DNA from: an uncultured virus (IMG/VR IMGVR_UViG_3300006033_000021) | Lineage: Duplodnaviria; Heunggongvirae; Uroviricota; Caudoviricetes | Reading direction: 5' to 3' (one strand) | Length of the DNA: 64,000 nt | IMG/VR virus record: IMGVR_UViG_3300006033_000021 | Part shown: positions 1 to 9,708 of the stretch, piece after piece | Position numbering within the stretch: the first letter of the stretch is position 1 | Layout of the letters: every line of letters begins with the position of its first letter | The notes under the pieces: generated by a model | Databases searched by the model: none | What the model was told of the DNA's origin: nothing | The model's input: only the letters and a program-made list of their open reading frames with translations | Position numbers and translations under genes: made by a program

Positions 1-5
1 AATAG

Positions 6-356
6 ATGGCAAGCTTAAGCGATTTCTTAGTTGATGTTATTATAGTTTCTTTGGAAGAGCATGATTTTCAGTATATCATGACTCCTTCTGATATAGAGCT
101 TGTTGAAGCTTTTGCTGCCGATAATGATTTGTTTGTCTTAGATTTGAAAAACATAGGTTCATATGGCGTTTATGTGATGTATTCGGGTGATCCTTTCTCT
201 TTCTTAGGGCTTGCTATTCCCGAACACGATCAGGACGCATTGGAAGCTTGGGAATCTTATCCTAAAATTACTATTGAGGCTCAGATTTCGATTCCCAAAC
301 TTATTGAAGATCTAGCTTCAAAGATTAAGGTAATGCAAGATGAGCATACTGAGTAA
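6..356 (+). CDS. hypothetical protein
   Basis: 116-aa ORF overlapping the start of the next gene; no motif recognised. Confidence 0.6.
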   Translation: MASLSDFLVDVIIVSLEEHDFQYIMTPSDIELVEAFAADNDLFVLDLKNIGSYGVYVMYSGDPFSFLGLAIPEHDQDALEAWESYPKITIEAQISIPKLIEDLASKIKVMQDEHTE

Positions 357-972
357 CTCGTATCATTTGTCTCTAAATCCTAAGCCCCCAGTTTCTATTG
401 CGATTTGTGGTACAGCATGTGCTGGTAAAGATGCCTTAGCCGATGCCTTGAGAAACGTTTTATCCAATAGGTGCGGTAAAGTAGACGAATTCGCTAGGTT
501 GTATATTGAAAAGCATGGTCCCTTAGAGACAGCTTTTCAGCAGCATATGATTGTGGGGCAACAACAAAGTCTTGAAGCCTCTTCCCTTAACACCTATGAG
601 GTTACTATTACTTCATCTCCATTGTTTCTAGGAATGTTCTATACTCAGGCATTGCTCCCCCGCCCCCTAACTTCGGCCTATTTAGATCTTGTGGCTGAAC
701 ACTATAAGATAGCCGTAAAGTCTTTATTTTCATATACCTATATCATTTTGTGTGATCCGATTGATGAATATGATCGAGATGGGGTAAGGTATCAATCCCC
801 TAATGAGCGAACTCTTATACATGATGGGCTGAAGAATCTTCTGCAAACTTATCGAGTAGATTTTCTGGAGTTACCATCAGTATCACTATCAGATAGGATT
901 AAGTTAGTCCTTGATTGGTTACCTGTGATGCGTATGGGAGATGATCATGAAGAACAAGTCAGTGAAGGATAG
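340..972 (+). CDS. NadR/AAA_28-like P-loop nucleoside/nucleotide kinase
   Basis: IAICGTACAGKD P-loop variant followed by DEFARLYIE; C-terminal YDRDGVR and SDRI pattern typical of NadR-type kinase domains. Confidence 0.6.
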   Translation: MSILSNSYHLSLNPKPPVSIAICGTACAGKDALADALRNVLSNRCGKVDEFARLYIEKHGPLETAFQQHMIVGQQQSLEASSLNTYEVTITSSPLFLGMFYTQALLPRPLTSAYLDLVAEHYKIAVKSLFSYTYIILCDPIDEYDRDGVRYQSPNERTLIHDGLKNLLQTYRVDFLELPSVSLSDRIKLVLDWLPVMRMGDDHEEQVSEG

Positions 973-1123
973 ACCTATTGCATGGAAGGTTCGTCGTCAA
1001 CAACAGTTGGAGCAGCTAAAACAAGACTCTCCAGTGGATGAGGATATTGAGGCTGCTGCTCGGGTTGATGCTGAGTTAGATAAACAAGCAATGGTTGCCA
1101 ACTTAAGAAAAGTAATGAGGTAG
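941..1123 (+). CDS. small hypothetical protein
   Basis: GGGAG RBS before ATG; tightly packed between neighbours. Confidence 0.55.
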   Translation: MIMKNKSVKDRPIAWKVRRQQQLEQLKQDSPVDEDIEAAARVDAELDKQAMVANLRKVMR

Positions 1124-1128
1124 ATGGT

Positions 1129-1632
1129 ATGTCGTTTGCATCCGACCACGGGGAACTTCCCGATGGTGTATTAGAAACCAGTATCTTTGATGCCTTGATG
1201 TCTAAGGGGCCGGATAATAATCAGCACGTTATTCAAATCAAACGGGCCAATGAAATTCTACCTAAGACACCGGGGGATGTTGTTAATCAATTAACTGCCA
1301 AGCTTTCTAGTACTGGCGATTTATTGATGAACTTAGAGGCTCAAAGTATTTCTGATAAGATTATGATAAATCTGCTTCAGTCACTCCATACAGAGTTGAA
1401 GTCTGTATGCATATGGTTGGTAAATAAGCATATTTCGTCAGAAGATAAGATTCAGAATATCATCAATGAGATTATTGGTCTTGGCTATGCAATGCATGAC
1501 GGTAGGATCGACAAAGATCTTAACGATGATCGTGTCGTTGAAAAGCAACTTGAGAAATTAGATAAGGATATGGGTGCTCCCAAGGGGTTGCGTCCGCGAG
1601 GTAACTACGAATTGCTTAGTGGTGAGGATTAG
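1129..1632 (+). CDS. hypothetical protein
   Basis: 167-aa ORF with GAGG RBS, operon-like packing. Confidence 0.65.
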   Translation: MSFASDHGELPDGVLETSIFDALMSKGPDNNQHVIQIKRANEILPKTPGDVVNQLTAKLSSTGDLLMNLEAQSISDKIMINLLQSLHTELKSVCIWLVNKHISSEDKIQNIINEIIGLGYAMHDGRIDKDLNDDRVVEKQLEKLDKDMGAPKGLRPRGNYELLSGED

Positions 1633-1654
1633 TGGTGAGGATTAGTTGTGAATA
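1616..1654 (+). repeat. 13-bp tandem direct repeat at a gene junction
   Basis: TTAGTGGTGAGGA twice (1616-1641) plus degenerate TTAGTTGTGAATA. Confidence 0.85.
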
Positions 1655-2088
1655 GACAAGACATTTTGGATAGATTATCTCCATCTAATCTATTTAAGAA
1701 CTCACCAGAGGCTTATCGAAAAAGCGTAGAACGCTATATTCCTGAATATTGTAACATAGATTATGTGGTGTTCCTATATAAGACCAACAACCTATGGAGT
1801 AGCCCTTTAGCTCTGATTAGAGAAGATGGTACATTCTATATGATGGGATGTGGTTATTGTCTGGGGCCGAATCATATTTACAATGAGGCAGAAACCAAGT
1901 TAGCTATCGCGGGTGCGCAAGCCCCTTATATCACATCTAAAACCAATGTCTTTGATGGTTTAGTTACAGGTGAGGAACTCGGCATCTTTTTATGCCCGCA
2001 TTGCAATAATGTGATCGATAAGTACGCCAAGCATGTACCTGAGTTATTAGCGATGAGGAGAGAGATTCATGCGCGAAAATATGAATGA
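1648..2088 (+). CDS. hypothetical protein with two CxxC motifs (possible Zn-binding)
   Basis: CGYC and CPHC; GTG start with GAGG RBS supplied by the repeat. Confidence 0.6.
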   Translation: MNRQDILDRLSPSNLFKNSPEAYRKSVERYIPEYCNIDYVVFLYKTNNLWSSPLALIREDGTFYMMGCGYCLGPNHIYNEAETKLAIAGAQAPYITSKTNVFDGLVTGEELGIFLCPHCNNVIDKYAKHVPELLAMRREIHARKYE

Positions 2089-2401
2089 TTGGGATTGCAT
2101 ATCGGTTGTCGCACAGGATACTAAAGCTGAGGGTAGCGAAGAGCGGGAAAAGCTACGCTTAAGGATTAGAGAGGTCCTTAAGATTGTCAAAGAGGGCGAT
2201 AAGCGCCATGATTTCTTGCTCTCTCTCTCGGGTCGTATTAAGACCAAAGACCTGACTGATCCGCAGATGAACTACTTCTTGTCGATAGAGAAAGATGTTA
2301 TTGGCAAGCATATGTATCATAATGATTGCCCCGATTTGTTGGGGGGCAATTTGTGGTATACTGGCCTGAATATCCTTGAGCGTAGTGAATGTTTGTTTTA
2401 A
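2069..2401 (+). CDS. hypothetical protein
   Basis: 110-aa ORF overlapping upstream gene end. Confidence 0.55.
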   Translation: MRENMNDWDCISVVAQDTKAEGSEEREKLRLRIREVLKIVKEGDKRHDFLLSLSGRIKTKDLTDPQMNYFLSIEKDVIGKHMYHNDCPDLLGGNLWYTGLNILERSECLF

Positions 2402-3909
2402 GGTGTGGGCGTAGCCGTTGCCGCAGGTGTTCTTCGGTTTCTTCTAGTTATAGCAGAAAGAGCGGTTGCTAGTCCTTGTCCGGTTACTAGAGCTAGTAGC
2501 AGTGACTTGTCAATTTCTTCAGCACTCTTCATTGTAATGGCAATTAACGCATCCTTAAGGATTTCTACCAATGCATTATTGGTGCCACCTTTTCGGTCGC
2601 TCTTTTGTTGAAGGAATGTTCCTGCTTCGGCAATCATCACGTTGTATTCATCAATGGCATCTTGAGAATCTAAAGTGATACCAGGGTGGTCTTTCCTTAG
2701 TTGTGCTTTATATGCGTTGAGGCCAAACATAAACAATTCCCTAAGTGCTTTTAGGCCATAGGGATTTTGCCATGGAGTATTAACATTCATATAGGGTCGG
2801 CCCGCTAAGAGGTTGGCATTAGATAGTGGTGCCTGATTCGTACCCATATATGGCATTTGATATAGATCTTCTTCAGATATTCGATCTTTTGTACCAACGA
2901 GTAAGCCATTGACGATTCTCGGAAGCGCTTCTTCGGCTGTCTTTCTGATATCGGCTTCTGTCGCCACTCTGTAGGTACCATCGGCATTTTGTACAGCCAA
3001 TCCTTTCTCAGTACCAGTAATTCCAAGTGCTTTTGCTTCGGCGGCGTTCTTGAACTCTTTGTATTGAGTAGTGAAAGGACTACTAATGTCAGAAAACTTG
3101 CCGGTTGATCCAGGCGGTAATTGAATTTGTCTATCAAGTGTTAGTAGCTCATTGAAGTTTCCGCTCTTGAAGGCATTTATCCAGCTCTGTAGCTGTTTAT
3201 CATAGAACTCTTGACCAAGTGCTACAACCTTGCCGGGTTCGTCAAGCATCGTTCGGGGGACAGGTAATGTCTCGCCTTCGGTTTGGTGGAATTGCTTGGG
3301 TATAATGGCTTGTTCTTGCTCGGGCGATATTTCGTATTCCGTCCCGATCTGATCCAAGGGGCTAAGTCCAGTTTGCTTACTAATGTATTCACTACGTATG
3401 CCTTTGGTGTCCGCTAATGATGGATTTACCCAATTTGCGGCATTCATTTCCGATGTTGCTAATTTCTTGATTTCAAGGCTAGCCTTATATAGCGACTGCC
3501 AATAAGCTTGAATTGAGTTGTAAAGTTCGGAATTACCTCCGCTTACCTCTCCTCCTGCGAGGGCTTGGTTGATCAGGGCAGGAATTCTTTGCTCCATTAA
3601 CTGTAATGAACGCATGGCCTCAATTTGTTTGCGCTTGTCTATTCCCATGGTTTTGGGATTGTTGACATTTGGCATTTTAACATTTTGCAAGCCCTGTAAT
3701 CTAGATTCTGGTGTATTGTTGAATCGGGTGCTATTCTCAAATCCAAGCTTTTTGCCTTGTAGCCAAGAAGGTACATTAGGATTCTTGACAGGCGCACCAG
3801 CGGGTGCGACTTGGGCATAAATAGCTCGCAATAGACATTGATCCGCCTCAGCAAAGTTCCCTTGCTGATCATGTCTTCGTGATTGCGCTAGTAATTCGTT
3901 GATATTCAT
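2398..3909 (-). CDS. putative virion-associated protein, unknown function
   Basis: 503 aa; N-terminal RHDQQGNFAEAD..RAIYAQ motif shared with other late-class ORFs; AGGA-N16-TAGAA upstream. Confidence 0.7.
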   Translation of the reverse strand: MNINELLAQSRRHDQQGNFAEADQCLLRAIYAQVAPAGAPVKNPNVPSWLQGKKLGFENSTRFNNTPESRLQGLQNVKMPNVNNPKTMGIDKRKQIEAMRSLQLMEQRIPALINQALAGGEVSGGNSELYNSIQAYWQSLYKASLEIKKLATSEMNAANWVNPSLADTKGIRSEYISKQTGLSPLDQIGTEYEISPEQEQAIIPKQFHQTEGETLPVPRTMLDEPGKVVALGQEFYDKQLQSWINAFKSGNFNELLTLDRQIQLPPGSTGKFSDISSPFTTQYKEFKNAAEAKALGITGTEKGLAVQNADGTYRVATEADIRKTAEEALPRIVNGLLVGTKDRISEEDLYQMPYMGTNQAPLSNANLLAGRPYMNVNTPWQNPYGLKALRELFMFGLNAYKAQLRKDHPGITLDSQDAIDEYNVMIAEAGTFLQQKSDRKGGTNNALVEILKDALIAITMKSAEEIDKSLLLALVTGQGLATALSAITRRNRRTPAATATPTP

Positions 3910-3930
3910 AGGGCTTACTCAGTAAATAGG

Positions 3931-3955
3931 TTCTAGCATTGGCTTAGAACATCCT
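3931..3955 (-). promoter_or_regulatory. class II (putative late) promoter AGGA-N16-TAGAA
   Basis: recurrent motif at the same spacing upstream of at least 11 genes or gene positions. Confidence 0.6.
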
Positions 3956-3983
3956 TGCGATATAACATAGATGGAGGTCGGCT

Positions 3984-4817
3984 ATGCTGTCAATAAGTAT
4001 TCCTCAGGGCTATGGGGAAAATCCTAGTGATCAGATATTTGAAGATGTCTTAACTCATCTTCGAGAGATCTATCTACATAACAATGATATCGCTTACGAG
4101 TTAGAACTTGACTTGGCGCAAAAGATGTTTGGTCGTATTTTCGCGGCGACCACGCGCGATCTCAAAGATGCTGCTATTATTGACCTTTGTACCTATTTGT
4201 CAATGACCTTGATGAATAAGACATCAGTGGGTTTTAATGGTTTGGTAGATGCTCACCAAAAAGTTGCCAATAAACCACAAGAAAAAGTCGCCCTACCCAA
4301 ACAATCGCAGGCTCAGGCCGCTGCTGCTCAGATTAAGCATGAGTTATCAATAGAGGTTGATAATATCAAACAATTCATTGAAGAGAAGAACTTTCCGGTC
4401 TTGATAGATATCTCATTTGATAATGTGGTATCAAATCTCCAGGTAATTACTGTCGGCCCCTTCTATTACCAAAGAGCAGATACTCTACCAATAGAATCTG
4501 AATTTGAGAAGAATTATCAGAAGACTCAACATGGTTACTTATATCTTAGAATTCCAATCAATAGCAAGCCTGATTACGAACAGTTAAGCAACTACCTCGA
4601 TCCTCAAGAAGTTCCTGATCCGTTCGTGGCTAATGCCAATGATTTTAGTGCTGTATCCAAGATTAACGATTTATCAACAGCAATGCAAGCCCCTTTGAAT
4701 GATCTACAGCCTGTGAGTAATATGGGGATCATGGCAAGGTTTGGCACGGCCTCGGCAGCACCCCCTAGATACAATACGTTCGGCACAGGGCCTGACAACC
4801 TGCACAGCTTCGTCTAG
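3984..4817 (+). CDS. hypothetical protein
   Basis: 277 aa, GGAGG RBS. Confidence 0.7.
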   Translation: MLSISIPQGYGENPSDQIFEDVLTHLREIYLHNNDIAYELELDLAQKMFGRIFAATTRDLKDAAIIDLCTYLSMTLMNKTSVGFNGLVDAHQKVANKPQEKVALPKQSQAQAAAAQIKHELSIEVDNIKQFIEEKNFPVLIDISFDNVVSNLQVITVGPFYYQRADTLPIESEFEKNYQKTQHGYLYLRIPINSKPDYEQLSNYLDPQEVPDPFVANANDFSAVSKINDLSTAMQAPLNDLQPVSNMGIMARFGTASAAPPRYNTFGTGPDNLHSFV

Positions 4818-4822
4818 TCGCC

Positions 4823-4851
4823 TTGATGCATTCTCCTCGTTGTGCTATAAT
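4823..4851 (+). promoter_or_regulatory. sigma70-type promoter
   Basis: TTGATG-17-TATAAT with extended -10 TG. Confidence 0.7.
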
Positions 4852-4880
4852 AAATAGGATGACCTTTGAAGGAGTCGCTG

Positions 4881-5942
4881 ATGCACAGACCCATACTACC
4901 ACAGGCGGATGATGAGCGCACGTTATTAGAGCGCTATAATACCATCTTTGAGGGAACCCGTTACGAGATGGACACAGAAGAAGCACTTAAGGGTAGCTTC
5001 GTCTGGAATGATCCGGCATTTAAGGAAGATAGGTTCATTGACGTAGAGTCCGTTTGGGCTCCCGTTTTGAGGCTTTTAGATGAACATCGCCGGATGGTCG
5101 GGTTTATGCTGCTACTGAGGACTAGTCCTCGCCATCATGCCGCCCCATCTTCTAGTACAGGTCGGTACCATCCGCCTGAGGATAATGGTGCTGCTGGTCA
5201 AATGATTCATGAAATCAAGGGTGTTGCTCAAGGCTTGATTCTCTGCGATGTTTTAGGGTATGCTAAGGGCTCTGAAGATTATGATCGATTAATCCTCGGT
5301 CTATCTTTACATGACCACGCCAAGAATGGCATTCCTAGTACTTTTGCCTTAGAGGAACTTCCCGATAATCTTAAGCATCGCCACAACGAGGATACTCGTA
5401 CATCACATACGGTGAATACCCATGATGTTGATATGGCTATGCTGCTGGCTCATGAAGCACCTAGAGTGATTGCCGTAGTGGCTCAGGGCGATGAAGAGCT
5501 TGAGGCATCTTTGCTTGAGGATTTTAAGCAAGTAACAAGATGTGTTTCTTGGCATTCGGGGCCATGGCGCTCAGATCGTCCTACTCTAACAGGTGGTAAA
5601 GTTACTCATTGTATCAAGTGTAAGACGGAGCTTCCCGATAATAATGCTAAGTATCGCCGATGTCCTAGTTGTGGGCAAAGTAATGCGCAATATGGTCGTG
5701 CTACAGGTGAAGAGATAGCATATGCTCAATTGTCGGTGGTTAATGACGCAGGTTACTTACAGGGCTACACTCATATGGCGGACTATATCGTCAGTCGGTA
5801 CTCCGCGGACGGTGTATGGACAATGAGTGAAGACGACTTTGCAACGCTGCGAATTGTGCTACCGCAATTGGTGGAGAGAGAGCATTTTGTGAGGGAATTC
5901 AAAGATGCTCTTATGGTACTCAAGAAGCACCTAGAGGACTAG
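4881..5942 (+). CDS. HD-domain phosphohydrolase with inserted Zn-ribbon
   Basis: APSSSTGRYHP, LHDHAKNG, WHSGPW, HMADY; CIKC...CPSC insertion; ATG 4881 has AAGGAG RBS. Confidence 0.75.
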   Translation: MHRPILPQADDERTLLERYNTIFEGTRYEMDTEEALKGSFVWNDPAFKEDRFIDVESVWAPVLRLLDEHRRMVGFMLLLRTSPRHHAAPSSSTGRYHPPEDNGAAGQMIHEIKGVAQGLILCDVLGYAKGSEDYDRLILGLSLHDHAKNGIPSTFALEELPDNLKHRHNEDTRTSHTVNTHDVDMAMLLAHEAPRVIAVVAQGDEELEASLLEDFKQVTRCVSWHSGPWRSDRPTLTGGKVTHCIKCKTELPDNNAKYRRCPSCGQSNAQYGRATGEEIAYAQLSVVNDAGYLQGYTHMADYIVSRYSADGVWTMSEDDFATLRIVLPQLVEREHFVREFKDALMVLKKHLED

Positions 5943-6401
5943 ATCAAAACTTAGTGCTTTTCTCAATGAATCTCGCATGGCCTTTGGGACATCTTTGAAT
6001 AGTGGCGTATAGGAATCTATTCGTTTTGTCTCAGAGGCTATGGAGATAGCTTTAGTAATCTTATCGGGTACGTTGTTTAATGAATAGCTACCGACAACAT
6101 ATCCATGATCTAATGGTACTTCACGATCAATCTTATCATGGTTGATAATGGTGACTTTGTTTTTAAGGGCATCGAGGGCGGGAATCGGGACTTTTGAAGT
6201 GTGACAAAGCACCCATACCATGTCCGCTGAGTCTATGCTTTTTGAGAGTTCGGGCGACGTATAGCTAATCTTCCTAACCTTTTGATTGGGTAGTAACTCC
6301 GATACGATCTGGTTCGGAACTTTACAATCGGCGTTATTGTTGTGTATTAGTAACACATCGATTCCTGGATTCATATCTCTTAGCCTCACATGGGATCCCA
6401 T
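5931..6401 (-). CDS. hypothetical protein (class II promoter)
   Basis: 156-aa ORF; AGGA-N16-AAGAA at 6410-6434 on minus strand. Confidence 0.6.
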   Translation of the reverse strand: MGSHVRLRDMNPGIDVLLIHNNNADCKVPNQIVSELLPNQKVRKISYTSPELSKSIDSADMVWVLCHTSKVPIPALDALKNKVTIINHDKIDREVPLDHGYVVGSYSLNNVPDKITKAISIASETKRIDSYTPLFKDVPKAMRDSLRKALSFDLVL

Positions 6402-6461
6402 TTGGCAATTTCTTTAGTGTAGATGTGAGATCCTTGTAAACTATCGCAAAGAAGAGGAAAT

Positions 6462-7268
6462 ATGGAAGCAATTATCATCGATCTTTCTAATTTGTACTAT
6501 CGAGCATACTATGCTGCTCCAAAGAATCTATCTCATAACGGAATTCCTACTGGTGTGACATATCTATTATACAAGATGCTCTATAAGCTGTATGAAAAGA
6601 ACCCACATCCAATGCTGGTTACCCTTGAAGGCGGCAGGACTAGCCGTAATGATATCTACGATGGATATAAGGCGAATCGTTCGCGAATTGATGATGAAGT
6701 ATTCGAGATCTGCTGGAAAGATACGCTAACATTAATCGAATTATCAGGCATTCCAATTTGGAAAATCGAAGGATTTGAGGCTGATGATTTGATGGCATCT
6801 TATGCTAAGCAAAGAGATTGTGTCATATACACCAAGGATTGCGATCTCTATGGGGCAATGCGCGATGGCGTTCGGGTCCTTCAGCCTATAACTGGTGGGG
6901 TAACAATGTATACCCATGAGGATTTTAAGGCTGAGCATGGCTTTCATCCTCAGTACTGGTATATTTACAAAGCTCTAGTTGGCGATAAGTCGGATAACAT
7001 CCCCGGTATCCCACAGTTTGGTGCCAAGGCAGCGGAGAGGGCAGTTATAAAGTTCAGGGATGACTTTGAGCAGATGAAGCGCCGGGGCTCGGGTAAGCCA
7101 TATGATAATTTGAGGGCGAATTGGTCTGACTTCTTGCGCAATCTTCAACTATGCAGTCTCAACGAGTCGGCTCCGATCACGCTTGAACCCGCTCATCCAG
7201 ACTGGACTAAGACGCACGAATGGCTAACTAAAGAGCGGGGATTCTCTATGGAGATGGATCTGGCATAG
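6462..7268 (+). CDS. 5'-3' exonuclease / flap endonuclease (Pol I N-terminal, T4 RNase H-like)
   Basis: IIDLSNLYYRAYY, YKANR, GFEADD, TKDCD, LVGDKSDNIPGIPQFGAK (H3TH). Confidence 0.92.
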   Translation: MEAIIIDLSNLYYRAYYAAPKNLSHNGIPTGVTYLLYKMLYKLYEKNPHPMLVTLEGGRTSRNDIYDGYKANRSRIDDEVFEICWKDTLTLIELSGIPIWKIEGFEADDLMASYAKQRDCVIYTKDCDLYGAMRDGVRVLQPITGGVTMYTHEDFKAEHGFHPQYWYIYKALVGDKSDNIPGIPQFGAKAAERAVIKFRDDFEQMKRRGSGKPYDNLRANWSDFLRNLQLCSLNESAPITLEPAHPDWTKTHEWLTKERGFSMEMDLA

Positions 7269-7974
7269 TTGGTACAAGATACTTACTTAGATCAATGGGA
7301 CGCATCTTTCTGAGCGTATCTAGGCCCATACTGAGTAGTTGTTCTATTCTATAGTTTTTGACTTGGCTGAAAAAGTCAGATAGTTTTCTTGTCAATGGAT
7401 GGGTTAGTCCGTAGTCTAGACAAGAGTACGCCATGCCATTAAGCTTAATCGTGTATTCAAGTATTGGCAATCCTTCTCTTACAATGGAAGGTACATACAA
7501 CATCTCTACCGGCAATAGAGATTGAATTTCTTCTTCTAGTCTTGTGTATAGTTCTTCGCCAATATCCATATCAGGAATGACGTTGACTACAGTGTAGGGG
7601 AGATGGCTTTCCTTGATATTTTCAAAGTAGCACAGGTATTGCTCTTGTTGCGGGGCAAGTCTACCCCAGTATTGATAGGGACGATTAACGCAGAAGGCAT
7701 GGACTGTAATTTCAAGTCGTTCTTGTGAGCAACTGATAGGCCATTCGTGAAACTCTTGTGAGAGCGCAGGAATGAGGATGCCATTCTCTTCGACGAAGAT
7801 TGGTTGCTCTTCTTGTTGTTCATGGAACATTAGAACTTCACGCAGTAGAAACTTATCATTGTTACTAGAGTATCTTAGATTGGTTTGCTCTAGTATCTCA
7901 TCAGGATCTAGCCATTTGCTGTCATGGAATAGATCGATGAGCTTCTGCTTTTGTTTGTTGCGCAACAGGTCCAT
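7246..7974 (-). CDS. hypothetical protein
   Basis: 242-aa ORF following 7991-8545 on the same strand. Confidence 0.65.
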   Translation of the reverse strand: MDLLRNKQKQKLIDLFHDSKWLDPDEILEQTNLRYSSNNDKFLLREVLMFHEQQEEQPIFVEENGILIPALSQEFHEWPISCSQERLEITVHAFCVNRPYQYWGRLAPQQEQYLCYFENIKESHLPYTVVNVIPDMDIGEELYTRLEEEIQSLLPVEMLYVPSIVREGLPILEYTIKLNGMAYSCLDYGLTHPLTRKLSDFFSQVKNYRIEQLLSMGLDTLRKMRPIDLSKYLVPTMPDPSP

Positions 7975-7990
7975 GAAAATATCATATCGA

Positions 7991-8545
7991 CTATCTGCGT
8001 CTACCCTTTGGTATATTCCCTAGATTTTCAAGTACAAGAGAAGTCAATGTAGAGACTAAGGTTTCAATTGCCTTATTACCTCTTTCTCTATATTTTGTAA
8101 ATGGCTCCTGAGTGATTGCTGGGCCGATAGGAAGTGGTTTTTGATCTACGCTTTCGCCACGACTTCTTCTTACGGTATCGTTAATGCCTTCTTCGGTAAA
8201 TTGATTGTACATCCCAAGGTTGGTGTCGGTTCGTTGCTCCAAATCCCCTGTAATGCCTGCTTTCATTTTTCCAAGTTGATCTTTTACTGATTCAAAATCA
8301 CCTTCTTGTAGTGCTTTTAGGATTGCTGGGCTGACATATTTCTGTGTCACAAGCGCGGAGAGCATTTTCATCATTGCTCTTTGATCATCCGCATTAATTT
8401 CAGCAGTCTTTTGCATCGGAAGCATTGTGTTGGTCTCGCTCATATATCTGAAGATAGCATCATCCATCAAGCTGGCAGATCGGGTGAAACCGGCTTGATC
8501 GGTGATTTCTGCTATTTCTAAAGCACTTTTCAGTATATGATCCAT
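7991..8545 (-). CDS. putative virion-associated protein
   Basis: start MDHILK with GGAG RBS; N-terminal AEITDQAGFTRSASLMD...KTA motif. Confidence 0.65.
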   Translation of the reverse strand: MDHILKSALEIAEITDQAGFTRSASLMDDAIFRYMSETNTMLPMQKTAEINADDQRAMMKMLSALVTQKYVSPAILKALQEGDFESVKDQLGKMKAGITGDLEQRTDTNLGMYNQFTEEGINDTVRRSRGESVDQKPLPIGPAITQEPFTKYRERGNKAIETLVSTLTSLVLENLGNIPKGRRR

Positions 8546-8578
8546 GGTACTCTCCATTGTCAATAGTACAGCATTGGT

Positions 8579-8603
8579 AGGTGTAACCCCTACTTAAGTA
8601 GAA
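8579..8603 (+). promoter_or_regulatory. class II promoter AGGT-N16-TAGAA
   Basis: matches recurrent motif; lies in a divergent intergenic region. Confidence 0.55.
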
Positions 8604-8624
8604 AAAGACAAGGAGGAGACTTTT

Positions 8625-9185
8625 ATGGATAACCTGTTGAGATATGCTAAGCTATTGGATGCAGAGGGTGATTTTCAAACATCAGATTTGTGTCATGCTG
8701 CTGCTTTGTCTATTCAGATCTTAGCTGCATTCACAGATAATTCTGGCTATCGTCAAGCAGCACATACTGTTAAGCCTTTGGGAATTCAGGATGCCCTAAA
8801 ACAAGGTGGTCCGGCCCTTGAAGCATATATGGAAGCCCTTGGTTTGGGTGAAATGGCAGGTCTTGATCAACTAGTTAAGGATAATCCACTTGAGATTCTA
8901 CAGGATATTAACAAAGAAAGAGATGTATCTCCAGGCAAACTAATTGGCGCAACTGAAATCCGCCCCACTATGGTTGGAAGTACCCTTGAAGACGGTAAAG
9001 TTAAAACTACAGGCATGGAACCTAATAGAATGTTTGATAGGCTTCAAAAGAATTACCAAAAGATGACTGCTACTGCTCTTCTAACAAGGCTATTGTCAGG
9101 ATTGAGTCGAGGTTTCACAGGTAAATTAAGCGCTGACCAGAATGATGCTCTCAACCAACTACGGAAGCTATTGGGGTATAACTAG
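8625..9185 (+). CDS. putative virion-associated protein
   Basis: AAGGAGG RBS; N-terminal RYAKLLDAEGDFQTSD motif. Confidence 0.7.
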   Translation: MDNLLRYAKLLDAEGDFQTSDLCHAAALSIQILAAFTDNSGYRQAAHTVKPLGIQDALKQGGPALEAYMEALGLGEMAGLDQLVKDNPLEILQDINKERDVSPGKLIGATEIRPTMVGSTLEDGKVKTTGMEPNRMFDRLQKNYQKMTATALLTRLLSGLSRGFTGKLSADQNDALNQLRKLLGYN

Positions 9186-9189
9186 TTCT

Positions 9190-9531
9190 ATGAGAGCAAT
9201 GGAACCTGACTGGGAAAAGATCTTCGCTGAGGTTGACTGGCATGAGTTTGAACACAATGGTTCAAAGTACAGGGCCGGTCAGTACGTCATGGACGGTAAG
9301 CCATCAGTCGCGTGTCAAAAGTATGTGGGTGAGGCATCCCCGCATCCTAGCGGATGGATTGGTTATCGCCTTCATTCAAAGAATTACCCAAATGAGTTAT
9401 GGCCTGACGATGCTGTAATTGGTAAGGTTCTCAAAGATGGTCAACCACGCAAAGAACCCGTCGCCCAAGCTACTAAGCCTGCTCGACCAAATTATCATCG
9501 TGCTTCAAAGCCGCTTCAAAGCCGCTTTTAG
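9190..9531 (+). CDS. hypothetical protein
   Basis: ORF directly after the upstream stop; start 9190 or 9199. Confidence 0.6.
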   Translation: MRAMEPDWEKIFAEVDWHEFEHNGSKYRAGQYVMDGKPSVACQKYVGEASPHPSGWIGYRLHSKNYPNELWPDDAVIGKVLKDGQPRKEPVAQATKPARPNYHRASKPLQSRF

Positions 9532-9680
9532 AAGCAGGAGTTCTTGGTAAGCATACAGTACATAGGGTGATAATGAGAGCATACAATACCGTTGGTGTTC
9601 TCAGAACGAGGAATAACAGGGACAGCGTTACCTCTACGCTCCGTCACAGTTACTTTCTCACCGGGGCGGTACGTGACCAT
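9528..9680 (-). CDS. small 50-aa Cys/His-containing protein (not in ORF track)
   Basis: MVTYRPGEKVTVTERRGNAVPVIPRSENTNGIVCSHYHPMYCMLTKNSCF*, GAGGTG RBS, fills the gap downstream of 9709-11091. Confidence 0.55.
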   Translation of the reverse strand: MVTYRPGEKVTVTERRGNAVPVIPRSENTNGIVCSHYHPMYCMLTKNSCF

Positions 9681-9708
9681 GCGCAGCAGACACCTCAGCA
9701 AAGCGTCT

